A stretch of DNA of 62,835 nucleotides, the filler included, from Globobulimina sp. (lineage: Eukaryota), in the NCBI GenBank assembly GCA_003354225.1. It is 33 parts of 33 records of this genome, joined end to end, with 100 filler letters (N's around TTAATTAATTAA, not from the genome) between each part and the next. Parts side by side here need not be neighbours in the genome. Positions count along the whole stretch, not along the records: positions 34,341 to 36,147 come from PIVH01011719.1; positions 36,248 to 38,054 come from PIVH01011720.1; positions 38,155 to 39,961 come from PIVH01011721.1; positions 40,062 to 41,868 come from PIVH01011722.1; positions 41,969 to 43,775 come from PIVH01011723.1; positions 43,876 to 45,681 come from PIVH01011724.1; positions 45,782 to 47,587 come from PIVH01011725.1; 26 more parts are not named here. One strand, given 5' to 3'. Of the stretch, positions 34,575-45,841 are shown piece by piece (within the stretch, counting starts at the first letter, position 1; the number at the start of each line of letters is the position of its first letter). The translations under genes were made by a program, and so were the position numbers. Under the pieces are notes generated by a model. The model was not told the origin of the DNA, did not search any database, and saw nothing but the letters and a program-made list of their open reading frames with translations.

Positions 34575-35894
34575 ATGTCGGCTTTACGTAGAAACTGTAG
34601 AATTTTCCATAAACTTCCAATCGATAATAACTTTATACATTCATACGGTGTAAATATTATATTCCAAACATCCGAACGAAATATGGTGGACAAAGTATTT
34701 AGAAAACACCAACAAATCAAAAAGAAAACACACGCACAACTGGCACTGGACAAATTTATAAATGATATCAACAAAACAAATAAAAAAATGGAGCAACAAC
34801 AATATAAAAAAGCAGTGAAACAAAACCAACTGAAAAAAATCAACAAATTCCAGGACACAATCGAAGGAATCGCATCCTATTTATGTACAAATTGGTTTGT
34901 TGTCGAACCTGACTCATCCTCGCTTGCATTGGATGCAAATATAGACCGAAACCTCAATGATATCACCAAATTATTTGGCGTTTATGATTTATTAGCGGAC
35001 AGAATATACAATATTTGGTTTGAGAAACCCGAGGTTGACGATCCAATCTATGGTTTAGATCCAGACTGCGAATCGCCATTTTTATTTGTCAGTACGTCGC
35101 CTAATTACAATAAAGGCAGATATTCACTGTTGAAACTGTATCGATTTTGGGGATATTTGAGTCAACGCGAAATCCGGCATAGATGTGCTATGTTCAGCTA
35201 TATGAAAGCACAAAGACGTTGCGCACTGCCTCAGTTTTGGGAGATATTCGATTTGGAGGATAATTTTTTGGTGGAATTGCAAATATTGGCTGTGCATTTA
35301 TGGATAATTAAGACGCGAATGAATGACTTTGTGGCACCAATCCGCAATGAATTAAGTTATGAAACATTCCGGATTATGTTCAATGAATTCGGCGTTCGAT
35401 TTGAAAAACACATTTCAGGCTCGCGGATTCGATGGGAATCAGATTGTCAGCACGCATGCGTGTATTTGGCGGTGGCTTTGGACGAAATATGGGATAATTA
35501 TCAAATGAATAATAGTGAGTATCTTCATTACAATCCATACATTTTTGCGAGGGTTATTTGGACGGAAATATATTTATTGAATGAAAATGTATCATTGGAT
35601 GTGCTGTATTTATGGTCCAAATATATATTTGATGAAATGGATAATTTGCGGAAAGTTTCTGATTTTGATTTTTTGAATGGATGGTGGAGGTTTGGCGGAT
35701 TGCCTACGTTTGAGGATAGGGAGGAGATTGAAAAGGATATTAAACATTTTATGAAAATGAGTGATGAGAAGCGGAGTTTGAATGACAAATATGACATTGA
35801 GCGGGAACAAATTGATCAAGTATTTGATGAGACGTTAGCGGAATTAATCCATTCGCAAAGAATGGACCACGACGAAATGCAAACTGTTGTTTAA
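34575..35894 (+). CDS. Ubiquinol-cytochrome c chaperone (UQCC1/Cbp3-like), probably mitochondrial
   Basis: FDLEDNFLVELQILAVHLWIIKTRM..LAVALDE..ARVIW; basic N-terminus MSALRRNCRIF. Confidence 0.65.
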   Translation: MSALRRNCRIFHKLPIDNNFIHSYGVNIIFQTSERNMVDKVFRKHQQIKKKTHAQLALDKFINDINKTNKKMEQQQYKKAVKQNQLKKINKFQDTIEGIASYLCTNWFVVEPDSSSLALDANIDRNLNDITKLFGVYDLLADRIYNIWFEKPEVDDPIYGLDPDCESPFLFVSTSPNYNKGRYSLLKLYRFWGYLSQREIRHRCAMFSYMKAQRRCALPQFWEIFDLEDNFLVELQILAVHLWIIKTRMNDFVAPIRNELSYETFRIMFNEFGVRFEKHISGSRIRWESDCQHACVYLAVALDEIWDNYQMNNSEYLHYNPYIFARVIWTEIYLLNENVSLDVLYLWSKYIFDEMDNLRKVSDFDFLNGWWRFGGLPTFEDREEIEKDIKHFMKMSDEKRSLNDKYDIEREQIDQVFDETLAELIHSQRMDHDEMQTVV

Positions 35895-36247
35895 TGACAT
35901 TGGATATCCTATATTCTGTACATAGCGAAAATAGCAAACTAAATTATAAAGTTTTGAAGAACGTTTTTGAGTTTAACTAGAAAATTGTAAAACCTATCAC
36001 CAAAATGGTTGCGCATATGAAAGGATTAAAAAATATGTCACATGAATTGAGTAATAAGAGAGCGTTGTTTTATTTTATTGGATTGATGTATCCAGTATGT
36101 ATTGGATCGTCTCTATGGCAAGCTTTTAAAAACAAAGAACCTGCGCANNNNNNNNNNNNNNNNNNNNNNNNNNNNNNNNNNNNNNNNNNNNTTAATTAAT
36201 TAANNNNNNNNNNNNNNNNNNNNNNNNNNNNNNNNNNNNNNNNNNNN

Positions 36248-37369
36248 CATTAATTTGTCATTTCCGCTATTTTCAAAAACATTTGTTTTCAATTTCTCCA
36301 ATGAATTAGAAATATTTTCCTTAAATAAGTCCCTTTGTACTGTCTGTATTTTATTTAAATTCTTATCGTTTATATTTAATTCATTGCCGATACTTTGTAT
36401 AATATTAATTGGTATGTTTTGCCTCAAATTAATATCTTTTTTAATCGTTTCATCCAAACAATTATTTACCATTAATTTTATAAATTCGCCATACGAATTA
36501 TTTTGATTGGTCGATATCGTTAAATGTAAACAATAATTATTTTCATTTTCTTTCTCATCCACACATTCTGCAAAATGTACAGCTCCGCGTGGAAAATATA
36601 ACAAATCGCCCGGCGATAAGATACAGTCCATGATCAACGAATATTTTTTTTTATTTTCCATATTTAAATTTTTATAACTTTGCTTGATTGGATATTTCTC
36701 ATTTTCTTGATTTAATTTGTATACTTTCCAATGTTTTCGACCAACAATTTGCAAAACAAATGCTTCGATATCGTCCCAATGTGGTTTCAAACCTTGTGTA
36801 TTATTCGGTGTTACGTAAATATTTGAACTCACAAAATTACCAAAATATGACTCCAAATTAAATATTAAATGCCCGATCTCGTAATGATAGAAATGTGAGT
36901 GTAACAATTGTATGGTAGCGCCGTTTTTCTTGTCGTTAAATAAGTTTTTAATTTGATTTAGTTTTACAATTTCACCTCGTGACACTGCATTTGTTTGAAT
37001 TCCATTTTGTTTGTTATAGTATTTACAAATTACATTCTCGCCAAATGTGAACGTACCATCATGTTTTTCAATTATTTTATAAACTGTATTCAAATCAATA
37101 TCGATTCCTTTGCATTTATAATAGTTTGCATTGTTTCTTTTCAATAAATACGGTTTTTTACACCAATAATTTGTCAGAAAGTCGGTCAAATTATTATTGC
37201 TGTTATCATTATTTGCTAATAGCCATAAAAAACATGATTCTGGATTTAACCATAAATTATAATTATCATTTGATGAACCATCGAAACTGTGTTTTTTTTT
37301 CTTTTGAGGTATTGATTTGTTTTTTCTCCATCCAACTCTCTTCCTTTTTTTTTTATTCCGGCTGCTCAT
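36248..37369 (-). CDS. JmjC ribosomal oxygenase (NO66/RIOX-like), 3' truncated
   Basis: NIYVTPNNTQGLKPHWDDIEAFVLQIVGRKHW..GDLLYFPRGAVH. Confidence 0.9.
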
Positions 37370-37449
37370 TCTACTGAGTAAAAACCGTCAAACTGGATTT
37401 CAGATGAATTTAATAAAGATTTTTTTGCACAGTGCTCAACCAACAAACA

Positions 37450-37884
37450 ATGCCTTTAAAAAATCCATTTCAGCCTAAAGCATATTTGAATAAAGGTGTT
37501 TTAATATCAATTGGTGGATCATATTTGGTGGCTATGTTATATTTTGGGCCATTGGGTAAGACACATTTAAGAGAGAGTGGAATAGATGAATCTGAAGCAA
37601 ATAATTTAGATAAAAATGCATTTGCACAGGAAGTATTAACATGGACTACACAGTCTGTGGCAATGTATTATTTGGTAAATCAAATGAGTCTGAAAGATCC
37701 TATTAAAGCATCACTTATTGTTGGCGGTGTGGTTGGTGTTTTTTTTAATGCATTGCCCCATTATATGAGATGGCGATGGGTCGCCAAAAAATCAAATAAA
37801 TCAATCAAAGCAATTATGATCGATTGTGGTGGTCATATTCTATTTACTATGGTTCAGGCATTTTGTGTCACGAAATATGGATAA
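37450..37884 (+). CDS. Small four-TM protein, DUF1761-like
   Basis: Hydrophobic pattern ..AMLYFGPL.. and ..IMIDCGGHILF..; divergent from the JmjC gene across ~80 bp. Confidence 0.5.
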   Translation: MPLKNPFQPKAYLNKGVLISIGGSYLVAMLYFGPLGKTHLRESGIDESEANNLDKNAFAQEVLTWTTQSVAMYYLVNQMSLKDPIKASLIVGGVVGVFFNALPHYMRWRWVAKKSNKSIKAIMIDCGGHILFTMVQAFCVTKYG

Positions 37885-38303
37885 ATAAATATTTGATCGC
37901 AATTACTTGTAACATAGTTTGTAAATCCTTGCACTGTGGGGTCCTTACTGGCTTTTTTGGCCCTAAAATAAAGCGACATCTTTCTGGAAAATATTACGTA
38001 TAAATTGTAGACTCGAAATACTTTTGAATGGAGTTTCGATAGTTGTCAAACAGANNNNNNNNNNNNNNNNNNNNNNNNNNNNNNNNNNNNNNNNNNNNTT
38101 AATTAATTAANNNNNNNNNNNNNNNNNNNNNNNNNNNNNNNNNNNNNNNNNNNNTGTAATATTTGCAGTACAAATGCACGAAACACATCGGATTTATAAC
38201 TGTCCAATTCATGGCGAACTACCTGGTCCGAATTGTCCACAGTGTAATCTTTAAACAATTAATATTTCATTCAGCAATCTTTTGTTTTTTTGGTGGAGGT
38301 TTT

Positions 38304-39280
38304 TTAAGTTTCTTTTTTCTTTTCTTTGAAACAAAACAATGTTTGGGTAACTCGCACAATTAACAATCTCTCCGCTCTTTCTTGCAATGTTCCGCCACAT
38401 TTCAATCCATAAAATTCCAACTCATTTTTTAATTTCTCCATTCCAAAACTTTTCAATTCATTCACATCCTCAATTCCATCCAATTCAATATCTCCTTTCA
38501 CTCCTTTCTTATTCATAAACATCTCATTCTTATCCGTCCCATTTACTTTTACACTTTTTACAGTCTCCAAACCCAACAAATTTAATTTCTTCTCTTTCCG
38601 TTTGCGTTTCCCATCCATACTCGACGAAAAGGACTTAATTTGCATTGAATTTTGATCCATTTGCTGTATCTGTTTCATTTCATTGCTTTCCGCATATGAC
38701 AGCAAATGAATATCCATTGGAATATTCAGACATTTATCAATGTCAATAAATACGCAGTCATCACACAAATCAAAATCGCAATTATTACAACAATGCCATG
38801 AGGCGCGTTGGTATTGTTTCATACAAAAATCACAAATCACAAAATCAGCGATTTTTGCAGTTTTATCCATTCTCGTAATTCATTCTCTTGCTCCTCAAAT
38901 CTATGACGCAGACCACTTAAATCTCGCATGGCCGATTTGTTGGTGGTTTTGTTTAGTTTCCCGCGGCACGAAGCATGGAACCAAAACCTCCTTTGCCGCC
39001 ACACAAAGAAAACGATACTGATATTTCATGGTAGCAACACGCACTGCGAATTGTTTGTTATTCGTTTCCCGTCTATGTGTTGCGTTAATTGTATATTATT
39101 TGTGACCTTGCGGTGTTTATGAAGTATAATGGAAACGTAACTGTGCCATAATTGTTGATGCAGGATAGGAATAGCACATTTTTCTTGAATGTCATGTTTG
39201 ATGGAATCAAGTGATGCTTCGTCTATGTCTAATTTGTGGAGTTGATTGCATAGATCACGAAGGTAAAAGTTTGACGCCAT
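38304..39280 (-). pseudogene. SDE2: SDE2-like gene (ubiquitin-like N-terminus, zinc-finger-like insert, SAP-like C-terminus) with a stop and frameshifts
   Basis: Manual translation LCGGKGGFGSMLRAAGN*NKTTNKSAMRDLSG; C-terminal FGMEKLKNELEFYGLKCGGTLQERAERL; spread over three frames. Confidence 0.75.
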
Positions 39281-39300
39281 GACAAAGGAAAAAGGTTTTT

Positions 39301-39961
39301 TTAATAATCAACAGACTCTTCCAAATCTTGTGTACTGAGCACATCCAAATAATCTTTCTCTAAAAAGCCCAAATCCTCTCTAGCTTCCGCTAATTCTCCT
39401 TCTTCCATACCCTCACCGACCAAGAAATGAACAAAAGCTCTTTGTGAATATAATAAGTCATATTTCTTTGTAGTTCTCTCCGATAGCACTCTCGAAAAAG
39501 CAGTATTATTTCCAACCATTGCCACCATTTTATCGCCAGTCATAATATCAGCACTTTTCAATGATATCAATGAACATTCAATGAATATTAGTCTCACTAC
39601 AGCCAGCAAACTTAAATTTAACATTGTTTCTCATAAAACGCATACTTTGTTTCTCATAAAACGCATATCTTTATAAAACAATGCCCTTGACATAAATTTA
39701 TCCTCTTCAGCATCATAGCAATCATGGACAGCGCCAAATCGTTGAAAAAAATGATTATAATTTAAACACTGATCAGTTAGAGCTTGGATATTATTTTTGA
39801 AATCGACATTTCTTTTATTTCTTTTATTGACAAATCTGAGACAATGACGAAGATAAAAAATGTACTCGAGGAAAAGGAACCATGTCTCTTGCAAAAATAT
39901 TCATATCTTCGCCCAAAGCAAATCTGTATTTTGCAGTAATGATTGATATCAATGTGCTGCA
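39301..39961 (-). pseudogene. Degenerate alpha-tubulin, retarian/foraminiferal type
   Basis: [58 protein letters not shown]; upstream broken frames (DAEEDKFM). Confidence 0.8.
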
Positions 39962-40277
39962 NNNNNNNNNNNNNNNNNNNNNNNNNNNNNNNNNNNNNNN
40001 NNNNNTTAATTAATTAANNNNNNNNNNNNNNNNNNNNNNNNNNNNNNNNNNNNNNNNNNNNCAAAGCATAAACTTCTGAACCTCTCAACTTCTGAACATC
40101 TGACTTAAATGCATTCCTTCCATTGATTGACTTAATCGAAACGTTTTGTATCAAACGTTCGTTGAAAAACGTTTCAAATCTTCCAATGGCAAACGTTTGA
40201 TGGAAATCCATTATATATTGATCTCTACTTTAACACTTTGTTACTTTCTCCAAAACTAGGCTAACTAGCGCAATTTT

Positions 40278-41732
40278 ATGTCGCAGTCCACATGTCAAAT
40301 TACAGAAACCAAATACAATGAGCAGAAAGTAAACAACTTCACATTTGTTGAGGAAAACGAAGATGAAAGCACTGACACTCATTGTTGTAATTATATAATC
40401 AAACTGTGGCTGATTCTATCTGTGTCAGCATTATTAATGATATTCTCAGTGTTTTATAGCGATACCGAGATAATAGCTAAAATGCAAGATATATCACTGA
40501 TGTCTAGATCTGGCGAAGAGCATGTATACAATAGCAATGATTCCACCATGCAAAGCCATGATGAATCACAGAGAAAGAGTGCAATTCAAATATGCCCCAC
40601 ATTAACTTTGTTTCCTTCAGATAATATTACATCGATTTTTAGTGCTATTCAAGATATTCAATTTTCAATGTATTTCGATATTGTAAATGCGAGTACGAAT
40701 ACTAAAAAGAATGAAGCATTTATTACCGGATTTTCTCCTCATTTCTATGATGGCAACTTTTCAACAAACAAAACCTGCCCATATTTAAAATTTAGATATA
40801 ACTGCTATGCAAATATTAATAAAATTCAACATTTTGACAGGTGGACATTACAAATACCTTCAAACAAATTACAAGCAAAAACATTGGATATCATCAACGT
40901 TTTACAAGAAAAATTAAATTATTACCAATCAAATGTATATACAAAGCACTTTCTTTCTAATTTACAAAAATATCATTCTCCATTCAACAAACCACTCAAA
41001 TTATTCTTTTATGGAAACTCTTGGATGCGACAAATTGTTGAATCATTGTTATGTTTAATACATTCAACCAACAAAAAAATAATACAATTATATGAGCCAA
41101 CCATTGCAAAATGCAGACGAAAGGAATCTGTTTACTTTGATCAGCAAAATACATTTTGTCCCGGATATAATTTGGAAGGCACAAAATGGGCAAACCAAAG
41201 AGAACATGGTTTGAATGAAGATGATGCGGTCATTGACTCATTTTGGGAAACAAATTTGATGCAAAATAATATTTGTAAATGTCACGATGATATTTTAAAG
41301 GTAAAACTTATGGATGGCACGCAAATATTTTATCACTTTTCTGGCCATGAAGTAAACAAAAGCATGAAAACAGAAATATTGAATTTGAAGTTGAAAGAAG
41401 AAGAAACAGAATTTGATTTTATTATATTTAATACTGGCAATCCTCCTCAGTATGAAATAAATAAACAGTTAGATGTTGATTTGCTATTTTTAGATCACGT
41501 AAATAAACCAATTATTTATTTTGAAGGTCAAAAAGAGATTACACGAAATATGACACAATTCTTAAAGCAGTTTAAATTTTTAATTGCCTTCTCAGAAATA
41601 CAGAGAATGAAAAAAAATATAAAAATTAGTCACATGATTAGTGGAGACCATTATTGTATGCCAGGACCAGTATCGCACCACATTTTGGATATCATACACT
41701 TAATCAACGTAATTTCCACTGTTCGATGTTGA
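40278..41732 (+). CDS. Type II membrane SGNH/PC-esterase (TBL-like) putative O-acetyltransferase
   Basis: N-terminal TM; FFYGNSWMRQIVESLLC and DHYCMPGP motifs. Confidence 0.65.
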   Translation: MSQSTCQITETKYNEQKVNNFTFVEENEDESTDTHCCNYIIKLWLILSVSALLMIFSVFYSDTEIIAKMQDISLMSRSGEEHVYNSNDSTMQSHDESQRKSAIQICPTLTLFPSDNITSIFSAIQDIQFSMYFDIVNASTNTKKNEAFITGFSPHFYDGNFSTNKTCPYLKFRYNCYANINKIQHFDRWTLQIPSNKLQAKTLDIINVLQEKLNYYQSNVYTKHFLSNLQKYHSPFNKPLKLFFYGNSWMRQIVESLLCLIHSTNKKIIQLYEPTIAKCRRKESVYFDQQNTFCPGYNLEGTKWANQREHGLNEDDAVIDSFWETNLMQNNICKCHDDILKVKLMDGTQIFYHFSGHEVNKSMKTEILNLKLKEEETEFDFIIFNTGNPPQYEINKQLDVDLLFLDHVNKPIIYFEGQKEITRNMTQFLKQFKFLIAFSEIQRMKKNIKISHMISGDHYCMPGPVSHHILDIIHLINVISTVRC

Positions 41733-41968
41733 AAACTTTTGTTTGTTTAGGACTTCTGAATTGATGCTGCTAAAAGTGTATTCTTTTCTTTTTTGAGTGA
41801 GTATATTTCTTAGTGAACTTTGTGTTTTTTCTAATTAGTTTACAAAACTCCAATTTACATGTTTACAANNNNNNNNNNNNNNNNNNNNNNNNNNNNNNNN
41901 NNNNNNNNNNNNTTAATTAATTAANNNNNNNNNNNNNNNNNNNNNNNNNNNNNNNNNNNNNNNNNNNN

Positions 41969-43775
41969 ATGGAATCACAGCAAAGGTGCTAAAACAGGCT
42001 GTTCCTGCGATTGCTCAGCCATTAACTGATCTCATAAACGACTCCCTTCGAACTAAAACTTTCCCCGCAGCATGGAAAAAAGCAATTATTACCCCAATTT
42101 ACAAAGCTAAAGGGGCAAAAGATGATCCCGCGAGTTACCGCCCAATCTCTTTACTAAGTGTCGTAGGAAAGTTGGCTGAACGGGTTGTCACTGATCAGCT
42201 GTCTAAATATTTCGAAGACAACAAAATCCTTCCAAAATAGCAGTCGTTATTTCGGAAGGGCCACAGCACAAAAACGGCTCTTCTGGATCTAACTGACTCT
42301 TTCTATCTTGCCATGAGCAAAAAGCAACTAACTGCGTTGATTTTGCTCGATTATTCCAAAGCGTTTGACACCATAAATTACGACATCCTAATAGATAAAT
42401 TGCAGAAATATGGAGTGCTAGAAAAAGAGTGGTTCTTATCATACCTAACTGGTCGTGCCCAGCAGACGAAAGTCAATGATTCTCTATCCGATTCTGAGAC
42501 TGCGTTAGCCGGGTGCCCTCAGGGATCAGTCCTCTCACCTCTACTTTTTATAATATACATGGCAGATCCTAATACAGTAACATCTCATGTTCAATCAAGA
42601 CAATATGCTGATGACACACAGCTCTTCCTTAGCTTTTCCCCTAACAAGGGAGAAAGTTGGGATTCTGCGGCTCTTCGGGTTTCTCAGTTGATAGGAGATG
42701 ACCTGAAGGCCATACAAGAATGGGCGAAAGCAAATTGTCTAAAATTAAATCCATCAAAGACAGAGTTTTTGTTAATCGGTAGTGAGCCACTTCGAAAAAA
42801 GGCAAACATGGTGCTTGAATTCGGAGGGGCGCCACTAATACCTGTTGACAAAGCCAAATCTCTTGGAGTAATTATTGATTCCAATATGACTTTCAATGAG
42901 CATATTGATCTGGTCTGTAAGCGTATGGCTTCTAAACTGGGTCAGCTCTATGGGGTCAAAGGCTGTTTGTCCTTCCGTTTTAAAAAAACGCTTGTTCAAT
43001 CACTAGTATTGAGTCATTTGAACTATTGCGAACTGCTCTATCTGTGTACCACCAAACAGAACAGAGATCGTTTCCAACGGATTCAAAACTGGGCTGCTCG
43101 TTTTGTCTGTAACGCGGACAGAATGACAACAGCCCTTCCTCTCATCCGGCGATTGAAATGGCAAACAGTAAATGAACTGTATATGTTACGTTTGAGCAAG
43201 ATGACCTGGCAGTGTGCAAACAAGCCGGGTCAACTGCCGTCATACATAACTGAAAAATTCGAGTTTAGAGATGACATAAAGCGTACAACGAGATACAGTA
43301 CACATGCAATAGTGGCGGAGCCAGATATAGGTAGAACCAACTCCTATGGTCAAAGAATGTTCAGATGGCGCATGGCTCGCTTGGCGAACACAATTGGTCA
43401 TGAAGGATTGTTGAACCAGCCTCTGGCTACATTCCAACAAACTGCCCTCAGCAAATGGAATCAAATAAACCCTGACAAATTTTCCTTATATTGACGAAAC
43501 ACCGATTTTGGACTTCCTACTACCGATTTTGACATCTCACATGAATTTGACTCACTACCCAATTATGACCGTAAAATGATATCATTAATATTTAAATTTC
43601 TAAAATCCAGATACTATGTCTATAATATGTATAACTAGTCATTTTGTGTAGTTTTAATCATTATCGATGTTCTTCCTGTTTGTTTGTCATGTAAATATTC
43701 CTCGTTCAAAATACCTTCATACTTTGAAGAATAAAAGGATTTGTTGTAGCCTTTGGCGTGATACATTGTAGCCCA
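41969..43775 (+). mobile_element. LINE retrotransposon 3' part: RT (to 43494) with one in-frame TAG at 42238-42240, plus 3' UTR
   Basis: YRPISLLS, LDYSKAFD, GCPQGSVLSPLLF, YADDT and LNPSKTE motifs. Confidence 0.92.
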
Positions 43776-43875
43776 NNNNNNNNNNNNNNNNNNNNNNNNN
43801 NNNNNNNNNNNNNNNNNNNTTAATTAATTAANNNNNNNNNNNNNNNNNNNNNNNNNNNNNNNNNNNNNNNNNNNN

Positions 43876-44483
43876 GTCATTAATATCAGCCATAACCAGA
43901 TAAGAAACTGTATAAAATACCGATGATTATTTATACCGACACAATTATTTAAAAACCAACAATGATGATCCAGTCTACACACACAATCATCGCAGGTTGA
44001 ACAGTGATGTGCTCTCAATGGGCGATATAATTGACATTTTTTACAAAATAATTTCTGTTTGTCATTGATATTTATGGTAAATCCAGATTCGACGATTTTT
44101 GATTGTAATATTTGTGCATATAAAGGGACATTCGGCTTTGATTCAATGGCACCGTTCCATGATTTATATTCTATTGGAACTCTGCCTGGATGGCTATAGG
44201 CAGCACAATAAAATGTTAGATAGGTCATAAAGAGTACGATAGTGATTGGGATGAATAGTAAGGTTTTATATATTGGTGGTATTGGTAAATAAGGCACTGT
44301 GTATAAGTAGCCAAGGTAATGATAAATGACTATTATGAAAGGTGTTCGCAATTTTAATACATCCGTTTTATATTTTTCATGAAAGCTTTGTTGTGGAGGA
44401 ATATTTTGGAGTTTGTCTTGTGCAGTGTTTATAAATGGTTGTTTTTCATCATTTTGTAGCAACTCCACTGGTGTGGTTTCCAT
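43876..44483 (-). CDS. DHHC palmitoyltransferase, 3' truncated
   Basis: CKKC..RPLRAHHCSTCDDCVCRLDHHCWFLNNCVGINNHRYF. Confidence 0.93.
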
Positions 44484-44917
44484 GCTGATTGTTTTGTAGT
44501 TTGTTATTTTTACTAGTATCGGTCCATCAATAATGTCGATATCAAATGTGGCGAGTCGTTGGTTCAGACATTCTGGTCGTTATAAGGTGCAATAATCACT
44601 GTGAAATCGCAAAACTTTACAATATTCAACCAAATGATTTTCCATACAATTTTGAACAAAATATTAAACATTTTTTAATATGGAGCACTTTTGAATTGAA
44701 TAATACAGAAATTGAGAAGATTTGCATTAATGAAATATTACCAACACAAAATCTATCATATATATATTGGACAAATCATCCATGTTTACAATCTATAGCA
44801 AGTGATGTATTGTATCACGTTCATTTTGTATATAAATTATAAAGCCGTGGAATAACTGAAAAATGTTTTTCGTTGCCCGATTACAGTTTTACTTCCAAAA
44901 ACTAGTTCTAATATATA

Positions 44918-45681
44918 TGGCTGCCAAAACTAACAATGAACATGAAGATAAAACAAATTATCCAGATGTGGATTGGGACAGTATACTCCCAAAATTACCC
45001 ATCGATAATGATGGTTATGTTCAATCATTTGATATCATCGATGCTGATGAAAAAGCAACACAACAAAACAAACAAGAAATTCAAGATTTTTTTAATAAAT
45101 ATGGCGTAGTTGTAATCCGTGACATAATCGACGAAAAAGAAGCAGAATTATCATGTACCGAATTATTCGATTATGTGGAGAAAAATTTCAAAGGCTATGA
45201 CAGAAACGACCCAAATACATGGGATAAAATCCAAGGTTTATCTGCTAAATTAGGGCTAATTACAGATTGGCCTGTTATGTCGCCACAAATTGTTAGAAAT
45301 CGTATTAATGCAAAACTATATACTGCATATTCATATATATTGGATACAGAAATAAATAATATTTACACAAACATTGGAAGAGTCGGATGGATGCGACCTA
45401 CTAAAAATATAAAATTTTCACAGAATAAAATTGAAGATAAACCGCAATGGAAAACGCATGATGGCAGAAAATGGTTACATTTGGATTATGATCCATTGAC
45501 AAACCATTGTACTACTTTTGGTTTGATGCCAAGAGATGATGTTAAATATGCAAAATTTGATACATTTGCACATGTTCGAACACAGGGCATATTAGCTTTG
45601 GATGATTGTAAGTTATGTGATGGTGGTTTTCAATGTATCCCAGGCTTTCATACTACGATGAAAGGTGTTTGGATGGAGGTA
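44918..45681 (+). CDS. PhyH-like Fe(II)/2-oxoglutarate dioxygenase, 3' truncated
   Basis: FFNKYGVVVIRD, WLHLDYDP and QGILAL..GGFQCIPGFH motifs. Confidence 0.75.
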
Positions 45682-45781
45682 NNNNNNNNNNNNNNNNNNN
45701 NNNNNNNNNNNNNNNNNNNNNNNNNTTAATTAATTAANNNNNNNNNNNNNNNNNNNNNNNNNNNNNNNNNNNNNNNNNNNN

Positions 45782-45841
45782 GCGGTGACCCCAAGTATCA
45801 CTGTTCTATTGAACACGTGGGTTCGAATCCCACTCCATGCA
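45782..45841 (+). tRNA. tRNA-Leu(CAA)-like, 5' truncated, possibly pseudo-tRNA
   Basis: Anticodon arm GTGAC-CCCAAGT-ATCAC, long variable arm TGTTC-TATT-GAACA, T arm GTGGG-TTCGAAT-CCCAC, downstream T-runs; C33 and a C-A mismatch are atypical. Confidence 0.65.

Noticed and set aside
28620-42240. In-frame TAG/TAA codons as evidence of a reassigned genetic code
   Set aside because: They occur only in retroelement remnants and frameshifted pseudogenes; intact genes such as ARL2, the TLDc protein and UQCC1 end normally at TAA and have no internal stops
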